From a virus (taxonomy: Duplodnaviria > Caudoviricetes), in the IMG/VR virus record IMGVR_UViG_3300023179_008764, positions 1 through 54,972 of that record: DNA of 54,972 bases; one strand, 5' to 3'. Positions within the stretch are counted from its first letter, which is position 1; each line of letters begins with the position of its first letter. Positions 1 through 8,450 of this stretch are shown here, piece after piece. The notes beneath the pieces were generated by a model. It was not told the origin of the DNA. It saw only the letters and a list, made by a program, of their open reading frames with translations, and ran no database searches. Made by a program: the position numbers and the translations under genes.

Positions 1-1060
1 GCTTTACATCTTGTGCAATCAGACCATATGTTTTTTCGCCTTGTATTTCTTTAGGTGCATTAGTATTATAAGTAAATTCATATCCAGTTAGGCTTGTCGT
101 CTTTTCAATAGCATTTTCTATAGGGTTTAAATCTTCTTTGAGTCTTAAATCGGATGAAGTAAATGCTACAACGTCTTGTCCTACTCTTAATGTACCCTGA
201 ACAAAACCATCATCATATACACTGAACGGACCAGATATACCAGTTGCTCCAGTTACAGAAAGAGGCTTATTAATATTTACCTGTGCTTCAGAAACTTCTA
301 TAAAAATTGGATCTAAATTAATCCTTACACGAGTTCCAACTGTATCAAGAGAAATACCTGCACCTGCAATAAACGCGGTTGATAATAATTCTCCAATCGG
401 TATAGCTTCAAGATTACCGGATCTTCTACCAACAATAGTATTAACATCTAACGCTAAATCGGTTGGCGAATTTGTATACCCATCTATATTAGCCTTAACA
501 GAATTTAAAGGCATAGTAGCAAGATATTCGTTTGTTATGCCCTGTTTTCTCAATGCAATAGGTTCAGAGTAAGAAGGCTTAACAATTGTTATATTATCTA
601 CAACACCGGAATCGAGATTATTTGAATATATTCCGCCTTGTTTTACAGATAGTTGACCGTCTTGATTAAGAGTAAAGTTTGAAGAGTCATATTTTATAGA
701 AGTATCAAACGCAGAAAAATCTGAGGGGCTTGGAGGATAGCTTGCTGTTTCAGCGGTATAAATTAATTTAGTTGTATTATCGTAAATTATATCACCAACA
801 CTAACGCCTTTTGCATTTACAATAGCTTGAGCTTCTGACGTAAAATTTCCTGAACTATCATATAATTGAGCAACCTTTCCTAGATTTTGAATTCCAACAG
901 GCCAACCACCAATCGTAGTACCATCACCTATAAACAATCTTTTTGTATCAACACAAAAGCCTGGTTCGGCAGAATCAAAAACAACCCCGGTACCATTAGC
1001 TGTTAAGCGTTGATCGTTAGTACCCTGCCTTATTAAAATTTTGGTTATAGTATCTGCCAT
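1..1060 (-). CDS. Tail fibre protein with Mtd-like N-terminal domain and C-terminal peptidase S74 chaperone domain (runs off window edge)
   Basis: Manual translation from ATG at 1060: MADTITKILIRQG...EPGFCVDTKRLFIGDG...SSDLRLKEDLNPIENA...YGLIAQDV. Preceded by TAAATA-N5. Confidence 0.8.
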   Translation of the reverse strand, partial: MADTITKILIRQGTNDQRLTANGTGVVFDSAEPGFCVDTKRLFIGDGTTIGGWPVGIQNLGKVAQLYDSSGNFTSEAQAIVNAKGVSVGDIIYDNTTKLIYTAETASYPPSPSDFSAFDTSIKYDSSNFTLNQDGQLSVKQGGIYSNNLDSGVVDNITIVKPSYSEPIALRKQGITNEYLATMPLNSVKANIDGYTNSPTDLALDVNTIVGRRSGNLEAIPIGELLSTAFIAGAGISLDTVGTRVRINLDPIFIEVSEAQVNINKPLSVTGATGISGPFSVYDDGFVQGTLRVGQDVVAFTSSDLRLKEDLNPIENAIEKTTSLTGYEFTYNTNAPKEIQGEKTYGLIAQDVK

Positions 1061-1106
1061 ATGTTTATTTATTAGTTTATTGATATATACAACGATAAAT
1101 ACTTAT

Positions 1107-1340
1107 GTGAAAAAGCTTTATTCTGCGGTATTATCTGGAAAAAGCACTATAGAAGTTTTTGATGTATTAAAGGGTATAAAAACTTATAGTCTTAATTTAG
1201 GCAACGTAGAAATAGTTAATGGTCCTGTAGTTACACAGGATAAGATGACTGTTGTTGTCAAAGATGCATCCGGCATACTAAAGGGTAAAGTTTATAGCCT
1301 CAAAACAGGTATTTTAACTTATTCTTTTGCCGTAAGATGA
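1107..1340 (+). CDS. Hypothetical protein (start moved to GTG 1107)
   Basis: ORF track; TAAATA (1096-1101)-N5-GTG; ATGA overlap with next gene. Confidence 0.65.
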   Translation: MKKLYSAVLSGKSTIEVFDVLKGIKTYSLNLGNVEIVNGPVVTQDKMTVVVKDASGILKGKVYSLKTGILTYSFAVR

Positions 1341-1846
1341 AAAGTAGAAAAGGTTCAAAAGGTAGCGGTAATACAGGTGCTTTAAAGCAATTAAAAGCTG
1401 ATGTAAGCAGTATATATAAAACTGTTTATCAAGGCAACGGTAAACCTTCTATTATTACACAACTAGCTGGGTTTGAAAGTCGCTTGACTACAGAAAACGA
1501 GCTTTTAAAAAGACAAATTACTGAATTGAGTCAAGATATAAGATTGCGAATAGTTGATTCAGTTAACATCGCAAATGATAGGTGTAAATCTACAGAAGAA
1601 AATTTTGATTTAAAAATTAAAAATTTAGACAAAGAAATAGAATTAAAGTTTAAAAATATAACTGATGTGGTAAACGAAAAATTTAATAGCATTGCTTATC
1701 AAATTAAACAAGAATTTGATAAACGTAAAATAGATTCAACCGGTTCATGGAATTTTAAAGTAGCTATCATTACATCTATACTAGCTTCTTTTACTTCTGT
1801 TTTTGTCGTTTTACTAGCTGAATTTTTAAAGAGAATATCTAGTTGA
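1337..1846 (+). CDS. Coiled-coil protein with a single C-terminal transmembrane helix
   Basis: Heptad-like core and hydrophobic VAIITSILASFTSVFVVLLA. Confidence 0.65.
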   Translation: MKSRKGSKGSGNTGALKQLKADVSSIYKTVYQGNGKPSIITQLAGFESRLTTENELLKRQITELSQDIRLRIVDSVNIANDRCKSTEENFDLKIKNLDKEIELKFKNITDVVNEKFNSIAYQIKQEFDKRKIDSTGSWNFKVAIITSILASFTSVFVVLLAEFLKRISS

Positions 1847-1877
1847 TCTAGAAAGAACATCACATACAATTGACTAT

Positions 1878-2453
1878 GTGAATATATTAGATGTGAGTCT
1901 TGTAGATGAACCGCTAGATGTTAGCGCGTTTTCTTACCTAACAGATAATGATTACCCTTGCGCGCTCTTAGGTGTACAAATAAAAAATCTTTACGATCAA
2001 AAAAGACTTCAATTTAATTCTGCTTATAATTCTGTAGATGTTATTCATTGCGTCCCTAACGAACATATTATGCCAAAATTTTTTAGAGGAATAAAACTAA
2101 ATTTAAATTCTAATTTAACACCACTAATTGAAAAGCTAGACACACTAAATTTTACAAATAAAAATATTATTAACAATTATAAAAATATTTTATCTGAATT
2201 TAATTTGACTACTAACAATTGTTACGCCTTTTTACAAAAAGGTACATATCCTATTGACAGCGAATGTTTAGATTTTTGCACTAAAATAAATGAACCTATT
2301 GAAACAATTTATGAAAATATTTTTTCTAATACTGATGTAGCTACATTTCAAAATTACGGATATTTGGTTATTTATATTTTAAGTAATAAAAATGTAAGCA
2401 AAACTACTACAAAAGATTTTATTTTTTCTGCGGTAAAAAATTACAGTAATTAA
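1878..2453 (+). CDS. Hypothetical protein
   Basis: 191-aa ORF preceded by TTGATC-N16-TACAAT-N7-GTG. Confidence 0.7.
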   Translation: MNILDVSLVDEPLDVSAFSYLTDNDYPCALLGVQIKNLYDQKRLQFNSAYNSVDVIHCVPNEHIMPKFFRGIKLNLNSNLTPLIEKLDTLNFTNKNIINNYKNILSEFNLTTNNCYAFLQKGTYPIDSECLDFCTKINEPIETIYENIFSNTDVATFQNYGYLVIYILSNKNVSKTTTKDFIFSAVKNYSN

Positions 2454-2474
2454 CCAATTATTACTGTTAAAAGT

Positions 2475-2482
2475 TATAAATA
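2475..2482 (+). promoter_or_regulatory. T4-type late promoter TATAAATA upstream of nrdA
   Basis: Exact gp55 consensus 9 nt before the ATG; a gp55 homolog is in the window. Confidence 0.65.
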
Positions 2483-2491
2483 ATTTTTTCT

Positions 2492-4756
2492 ATGAGCGTT
2501 CAAATTTCTGTAAAAAAACGAAACGGTAAATTAGAAAAATTTGATATAGAAAAAATTAATCGAGTAATATCATGGGCATGTGAAGGAGTTACAGGTGTTA
2601 GTCTTTCTGAGATTGAGATTAATGCTAAGCTAAACATCTCTGAAGGTATTAATACTAAGGAAATACATCAAGTATTAATCGAGTCTGCAGCTAATTTAAT
2701 TACTTTAGATAAACCAAATTATCAGCTAGTCGCAGGCAGATTGCTTAGCTATCAATTAAGAAAAGACGTTTGGGGCGGCAAAACGCCCCCTAGATTATTA
2801 GATTTAATTTATTCCGGAATTAGAAAAAAAATATATGATGAATCTATTCTTAAAAAATATACAGAAGACGAAATTAATAAGGTAAATGAATTTGTTGATC
2901 ATGATAGAGATTTTATTTTTACATATTCCGGTATTAAACAGTTATGCGACAAATACTTGATTAAAAATAGAATTACAAATCAAATATTTGAGACACCGCA
3001 ATTTGCATACATTCTTATAGCTATGTACGGGTTTGCAAATTATCCTGAAGAAACGAGATTAGAGTATGTAAGGCGCTTTTATAATGCTATATCAAGACAT
3101 AAAATTAATTTACCAACTCCAGTAATGGCAGGATTGCGAACAAATTCAAAAAGCTATGCAAGTTGTTGCTTAGTGGGTGTTGATGATACCAAAGAATCAA
3201 TCACTGCATCTGGTACTGCTGTATCTATTGCTACTGCAAGCCGTTGCGGAATTGGAATAGATGTATCAAGAATTAGAGCTATCGGAGCCCCTGTTAACAA
3301 TGGTGAAGTTGTCCATACAGGTGTTATTCCTTTTTTAAAGATATTTGAAGCGTCTGTTAAGGCATGGCAGCAAAATGGTCTTAGAGGTGGATCGGCTACC
3401 ACAAACATTCAGTGGTGGCACTATGAAATAGAAGATGTAGTAGTATTAAAAAATAATGCAGGTACTGATGATAATAGAGTTCGTAAGCTTGATTACACAG
3501 TCGGTATGTCAAAATTATTTTATGATCGTGTAATTAAAGATGAAGATGTGACTCTTTTTAGTCCTCACGAAGTACCGCAATTGTTTGAAGCATGGGGTAC
3601 ACCTAAGTTTGATAAAGTTTATACAGAATGTGAAGAAGATAGAAAGATTAAACAAAGAAAAAGAATATCTGCTCGTAAATTATTTTCTTTAATTGTAAAA
3701 GAGCGTGTAGAAACAGGTAGAATTTACATTCTTAATGTAGATACAGCTAACGAACACGGTTCATGGATAGACAAGATTACTATGAGCAATCTTTGCACAG
3801 AAGTTATTCACCCTACTATACCGTTAAAAGATTATAACGATCCAGATGCAGAAATTGGTATGTGTATACTTTCTGCTATTAATATGCTAGAAATCAGGGA
3901 TTGGAAAGATTTAGAAAAAACTTGTGATCTTGCAGTAAGATTTTTAGAAGAAATAATTGATATACAAACCTATTTTAATAAAGCTGCAGAAAATTTTGCT
4001 AAAAAAAGAAGAAGCTTAGGAATTGGAATTACTAATTTAGCGGCTTATTTAGCTAAAAATAAATTATCTTATAATTCTAAAGCGGCATTAAATGCTGTTG
4101 ACGAATGGATGGAGTATTTTCAGTATTCATTGCTTAAATCTAGCTTACAATTAGCACGCGAAAAAGGTCGTTGTGAAAAATTTCATACTTCTAAGTATTC
4201 TAAAGGTATACTACCTATAGATACTTTTAAAAAGAAATTAAATGATTTAGTTAAAAGAAAATATTCGTTGGATTGGGAGACACTACGTACTGAAATTTTA
4301 AAAGACGGTTTAAGACATTGTACACTGTCAAGCTGTATGCCTTGTGAGTCTAGTTCAGTTATTCAAAGTTCTACTAACGGTGTTGAGCCTATTAGATCTC
4401 TTGTAACATTTAAAATGTCTAAAATGGGTAAGCTTCCAGTTCTTGCTCCTGGTATAGGAAAATATTCAGATAATTATGAGTTTGCTTATGATTTTAAAGA
4501 CAATATAGGTATATTAAATGTTAATGCTATTATTCAAAAATATATAGATATGGCTATTTCTACTAATGTTTATTATAACTACAGTCATTATGAGAATAAT
4601 ACATTACCCGATTCTAAGGTAATGAAGGAAATAATGTACGCTTATAGCGTTGGTTTAATTAGTCTTTATTATAATAATACGGATGACGGTGATAAAGAAC
4701 AACTTATAACTAAAGATAGAGAGATGGATTGTTCTAGCGGTGCGTGTAAGTTATAA
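2492..4756 (+). CDS. nrdA: Ribonucleotide reductase class Ia alpha subunit with ATP cone
   Basis: VKKRNG ATP cone, ASCC, SNLCTE, C-terminal CSSGAC. Confidence 0.97.
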   Translation: MSVQISVKKRNGKLEKFDIEKINRVISWACEGVTGVSLSEIEINAKLNISEGINTKEIHQVLIESAANLITLDKPNYQLVAGRLLSYQLRKDVWGGKTPPRLLDLIYSGIRKKIYDESILKKYTEDEINKVNEFVDHDRDFIFTYSGIKQLCDKYLIKNRITNQIFETPQFAYILIAMYGFANYPEETRLEYVRRFYNAISRHKINLPTPVMAGLRTNSKSYASCCLVGVDDTKESITASGTAVSIATASRCGIGIDVSRIRAIGAPVNNGEVVHTGVIPFLKIFEASVKAWQQNGLRGGSATTNIQWWHYEIEDVVVLKNNAGTDDNRVRKLDYTVGMSKLFYDRVIKDEDVTLFSPHEVPQLFEAWGTPKFDKVYTECEEDRKIKQRKRISARKLFSLIVKERVETGRIYILNVDTANEHGSWIDKITMSNLCTEVIHPTIPLKDYNDPDAEIGMCILSAINMLEIRDWKDLEKTCDLAVRFLEEIIDIQTYFNKAAENFAKKRRSLGIGITNLAAYLAKNKLSYNSKAALNAVDEWMEYFQYSLLKSSLQLAREKGRCEKFHTSKYSKGILPIDTFKKKLNDLVKRKYSLDWETLRTEILKDGLRHCTLSSCMPCESSSVIQSSTNGVEPIRSLVTFKMSKMGKLPVLAPGIGKYSDNYEFAYDFKDNIGILNVNAIIQKYIDMAISTNVYYNYSHYENNTLPDSKVMKEIMYAYSVGLISLYYNNTDDGDKEQLITKDREMDCSSGACKL

Positions 4757-4778
4757 CTTGTTTAGCATAAATAATATT

Positions 4779-5843
4779 GTGGCTACTAAAAATTTTGACA
4801 CAATTATAAACCAGATCAATGAAGGGCTTTTTGATAGAGCAAAAGCTAACGTTGCTGGTGCAGTTGGGACAGTAAAAGGAATAGGTGCTAGAGCTTCTGG
4901 TACCCTAGGAGCTGCTAAAGCTGCATTTACAGGAGATCAAGCTGCATTACAGGCTGCAGGTCAAAAAGCAGCAGCAGGTAAGCAGATGGGTGTAGATGCT
5001 AAAACGCAATCAATTGTTGGCTCGCATCAACAAAAGCTCACAAAAGCTATAAACGATTATGCTAACGATTTAAATAAGTTAAAATTATCTGATCCAAAAT
5101 CGGTAGATCAGCTAAAACAAGATTTAACTTCACAAATACAAAGTGCAGTTAAAGTTCCTACAGCGCCTGCGGCTGCTACCGGTACCCCATCGGCTGGTAC
5201 AGCTTCAGGTGCTGCAGGTTCGACGTCAACTTCAAGTGGCGCTCCAGCAGGGTCAACTGCAAGTACTGCTGCTTCATCTACTACCCCAGCGTCTACTACA
5301 GCTACTGCTCCTACAGCGCCTGCGGCTGCTAGCACCGCTGCATCTACACCGCCCGCTGGGTCTGCCGCTGCTTCACCAACAACCGGTACACCTTCAGCAA
5401 CTACAACATCGCCAACTGGTACATCAACAGCAACCACTACCCCATCGCCGACCACACCTACTTCTTTAGCTAATCCGGATTCTATTAAAGCTGCTGATGC
5501 TAAGCTAAAAGATTTAGGTAATCAAGAAAAAATATTAAAGGGTTTAATGGTATCTGATAGAAAGAATGCTGCACAATATACTGCTCAATTAAAAAGTTTA
5601 GATTCTGCAAAACAAGCTGCAATAAAAGAAAAACAGGCAGCTCAAGCAGCCTTAAAAAAAGCTACATCGGCAGCTAACATAAGTGCTTATAAAAATAAGC
5701 AACAAGCTGCTGGTATGAATTTAAATGCAAAACCTAATTTAACTAATGCTAGTTTTATACCGACGGGTTCTATGTTTAGTGAACTTTACAATTCATTAGA
5801 AAGCGGTTTAAAACTTTCAAAAAAGTTTAACTTGTTGTCGTAA
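4779..5843 (+). CDS. Late protein with long Ala/Thr/Ser/Pro-rich linker, probable virion/internal head protein (start moved to GTG 4779)
   Basis: TAAATA-N5-GTG; N-terminus MATKNFDTIINQINE|G resembles a prohead-protease leader. Confidence 0.65.
   Translation: MATKNFDTIINQINEGLFDRAKANVAGAVGTVKGIGARASGTLGAAKAAFTGDQAALQAAGQKAAAGKQMGVDAKTQSIVGSHQQKLTKAINDYANDLNKLKLSDPKSVDQLKQDLTSQIQSAVKVPTAPAAATGTPSAGTASGAAGSTSTSSGAPAGSTASTAASSTTPASTTATAPTAPAAASTAASTPPAGSAAASPTTGTPSATTTSPTGTSTATTTPSPTTPTSLANPDSIKAADAKLKDLGNQEKILKGLMVSDRKNAAQYTAQLKSLDSAKQAAIKEKQAAQAALKKATSAANISAYKNKQQAAGMNLNAKPNLTNASFIPTGSMFSELYNSLESGLKLSKKFNLLS
5156..5331 (+). repeat. 23-nt direct repeat TCCTACAGCGCCTGCGGCTGCTA (5156-5178 and 5309-5331)
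   Basis: Exact match read from sequence; encodes PTAPAAA twice. Confidence 0.85.
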
Positions 5844-5882
5844 TTGCAATTTAAGAGAGATTATTTATAATAAATAACTCTA

Positions 5883-6944
5883 ATGAAATCTGTGCTTAAT
5901 GTAAAGAATATTGACTATACAAAGCAGCCATTATTTTTTGGCGAAGATTTAAATTTACAACGGTATGATAGGTTTAAATATCCTATCTTTTTTGAACTGT
6001 TTAAGAAGCAAGAAGAATTTTTTTGGTGGCCTCATGAAATAGCTTTAGCTAAAGATAAAAGCGATTATAGAGATTTGTCGAGTGAAGAACGTTTTGTTTT
6101 TGATACTAACTTAAGATTTCAAACCCTTGGGGATAGTATGTTATCTAGGTCTATACATTCGTTAAAAGAACATGTAACTAATCCTGAATTAGAGATATGT
6201 ATGAATACTTGGGCAAGGTTTGAAGGTATTCATAGCTATTCTTATTCATATTTGCTTAATAATGTACATCCTGACGCATCTAAATTTTTTGACAGTATTA
6301 TGGAGGATAAAGAGATTGTTTCTCGTGCAGAGTTAATTAGGTCTAATTATGATAAAATTTTAGGTGATGATAAAAAAGATCTAAAAGATAAAGTCTTTAA
6401 TTGTGTTTTAGCAACTAACGTAATGGAAGGATTGGTATTTTATATTTCTTTTGCATGTTCGTTTTATTTTGGCTACAGAGGTAAGATGGAAGGAAATGCA
6501 AAAATTATAAAATTTATTCAGAGAGATGAGGCGTTACATTTTGGTATTACACAAAATCTTTTAAAGATTTTTAAAGAAGAGGATAAGGAAGGGTTTACAT
6601 CAACATACAAAAAGAATGAAGATAAAATTTATGCAGTTTATGAGCAAGCTACTAAAAATGAAATTGAATGGGCTCAGTATCTTTTTAGCAAGGGCTCATT
6701 ATTAGGATTAAATGCAGGTGTCCTGGAAGGCTATTCAAAGTGGCTTTGTGACAATAGATTACGCTCTTTGGGATTAAAGAAAATTTATAATGTAAAGGAA
6801 AATCCTATTGCAGGGTGGTTAGATAGTTATCTAGATAGCAGTAAAGTGCAGGTAGCTCCACAAGAGACTGAAATCTCTACTTATAAAATTGGAGCTAGAG
6901 ATACTAATATTACAGAAGATATATTTGATGATATTAAGCTATGA
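5883..6944 (+). CDS. nrdB: Ribonucleotide reductase class Ia beta subunit
   Basis: Diiron ligands and radical Tyr: GDS, EGIHSYSY, MEG, DEALH; C-terminal VAPQETE. Confidence 0.96.
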   Translation: MKSVLNVKNIDYTKQPLFFGEDLNLQRYDRFKYPIFFELFKKQEEFFWWPHEIALAKDKSDYRDLSSEERFVFDTNLRFQTLGDSMLSRSIHSLKEHVTNPELEICMNTWARFEGIHSYSYSYLLNNVHPDASKFFDSIMEDKEIVSRAELIRSNYDKILGDDKKDLKDKVFNCVLATNVMEGLVFYISFACSFYFGYRGKMEGNAKIIKFIQRDEALHFGITQNLLKIFKEEDKEGFTSTYKKNEDKIYAVYEQATKNEIEWAQYLFSKGSLLGLNAGVLEGYSKWLCDNRLRSLGLKKIYNVKENPIAGWLDSYLDSSKVQVAPQETEISTYKIGARDTNITEDIFDDIKL

Positions 6945-7174
6945 TACATTCTGAGACACTTAAAGAGTTAACCGAAGACGAATTATCAATATTATTTTAC
7001 ATATGCGGTCACCCTAAAGTATTAGGCAGTATGGTTCAACCAAAAATTGAATTTATTAAAATGTTTAAGAGAGATGCCTTGTTAAAACTAATTGAAATTT
7101 TTAAAGGCCATGCACTGGAAGATAAAAAAAATATTTTTGATGATCTTTCAAAAAAACTATCCGCAAGCAACTAA
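6941..7174 (+). CDS. Hypothetical protein
   Basis: 77-aa ORF with ATGA overlap on nrdB. Confidence 0.6.
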   Translation: MIHSETLKELTEDELSILFYICGHPKVLGSMVQPKIEFIKMFKRDALLKLIEIFKGHALEDKKNIFDDLSKKLSASN

Positions 7175-7183
7175 ATAAAATTT

Positions 7184-7260
7184 AGAAGGAGCAATTGTAC
7201 TACGTACACTAGGGGCGGGATGGTGGGCGCCTTTTTGAAGGCGACTAGTGTATAGAATTT
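7184..7260 (+). ncRNA. Candidate structured non-coding RNA / GC-rich element
   Basis: TACACTAG (7205-7212) pairs with CTAGTGTA (7245-7252), enclosing a CGCCTT-TTTG-AAGGCG hairpin; follows TAAATA at 7172-7177. Confidence 0.4.
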
Positions 7261-7285
7261 TTATGGTTTTTTATTAAATATTAGT

Positions 7286-7483
7286 ATGAGTATTACGCTG
7301 TCGGCAGCTGACTCAATGCTTTTAAATTCTGCATTATACAAAGAATTTTTAAGAGAAAGAGAAGAAATTCTTAAAAATAAATGGTATATGTCTGAAAAAG
7401 AAGGCAAAGATGTTGGCTTTGAACGCGCTTTATTAAATTGGGTATCAAATTATAGAACAGAGTGGAAAAAAGAAAAAAGATAG
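7286..7483 (+). CDS. Small DUF4032-like protein
   Basis: EREEILKNKWYMSEKEGKDVGFERALLNW; TAAATA-N5-ATG. Confidence 0.75.
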   Translation: MSITLSAADSMLLNSALYKEFLREREEILKNKWYMSEKEGKDVGFERALLNWVSNYRTEWKKEKR

Positions 7484-7499
7484 TTATAATAAACCTGTT

Positions 7500-8450
7500 T
7501 TGAAATACCATTATAAAGACGTCTTTTTAATTCCTAATTATTCTGAATTATCATCCCGATCAAAAGCTACTACATTTGTAGACTTTGGTGCTCGTTCATT
7601 TATTTTACCTGTAATTCCATCAAATATGAAATGTTCTATTGACATTAATACAGCTAGAATGCTTGATAGAATTGGATGTTTTTATATTATGCATCGTTTT
7701 AATATTAGTAATTATGATTTTGTAAAGCATGCTAATAAGGAAAATTGGAAAGCTATATCTATAAGTGTAGGTGTTAATAAAGTTGATTACGATTCTTTAA
7801 CTCAAATTGGTAATGAAAATCTAAGAGTAGATTATATTACTGTAGATGTAGCGCATGGGCATCATTTATTAGTAAAACAAATGCTTACGTTTTTAAAGCA
7901 AAACTTTAAAAAAACTTATATAATAGCGGGTAATATTGTTACTGAAGCTGCTGCAGCAGATCTTACTACATGGGGAGCTAATGCATTAAAAGTTGGTATT
8001 GGTCAAGGATATGTTTGTACAACTAAAGATAAGACCGGGTTTACATATCCGATGTTTAGCTGTGTATTAGAATTAGCTAAAAAATATACTGTAATAGCAG
8101 ATGGTGGTATTCGTTGTACGGGTGATATTGCTAAAGCATTAGCTGCAGGTGCAAAGATGGTTATGTGTGGTAGTATTTTTGCAAAATTAAAAGATAGTCC
8201 AGCTAAGACTGTAAATAGCCCTTTTGATAATAAAAAGTATAAAGAGTATTATGGTTCTGCTAGTTATCAAAATAAAAATAAGAATAAAAATATTGAAGGT
8301 AAAACAGAATTGGTAGAGTTAGAAGATAAGACGTATGTAGAAAAAATAAAAGAAATTCAAGAAGATTTACAAAGCGCTATAAGTTATTCAGGCGGTATTG
8401 CCATCCCGTCGCTTAAAAAAGCTATGTGGGATACGCACGTGACTATTTAA
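7500..8450 (+). CDS. guaC: GMP reductase
   Basis: IMPDH/GMPR barrel without CBS domains: DVAHGH, AGNI, KVGIGQGYVCTT, IADGGIR, YYGSAS, DLQSAISYSGG. Confidence 0.9.
   Translation: MKYHYKDVFLIPNYSELSSRSKATTFVDFGARSFILPVIPSNMKCSIDINTARMLDRIGCFYIMHRFNISNYDFVKHANKENWKAISISVGVNKVDYDSLTQIGNENLRVDYITVDVAHGHHLLVKQMLTFLKQNFKKTYIIAGNIVTEAAAADLTTWGANALKVGIGQGYVCTTKDKTGFTYPMFSCVLELAKKYTVIADGGIRCTGDIAKALAAGAKMVMCGSIFAKLKDSPAKTVNSPFDNKKYKEYYGSASYQNKNKNKNIEGKTELVELEDKTYVEKIKEIQEDLQSAISYSGGIAIPSLKKAMWDTHVTI

Noticed and set aside
1-1060. Mtd-like domain implying a diversity-generating retroelement
   Set aside because: Only the N-terminal attachment domain is present; the C-terminus is an S74 chaperone; no RT or TR/VR seen
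5108-5469. Alternative-frame and antisense ORFs over the low-complexity gene
   Set aside because: Stop-free shadows of GC-rich repetitive codons; no promoter motif
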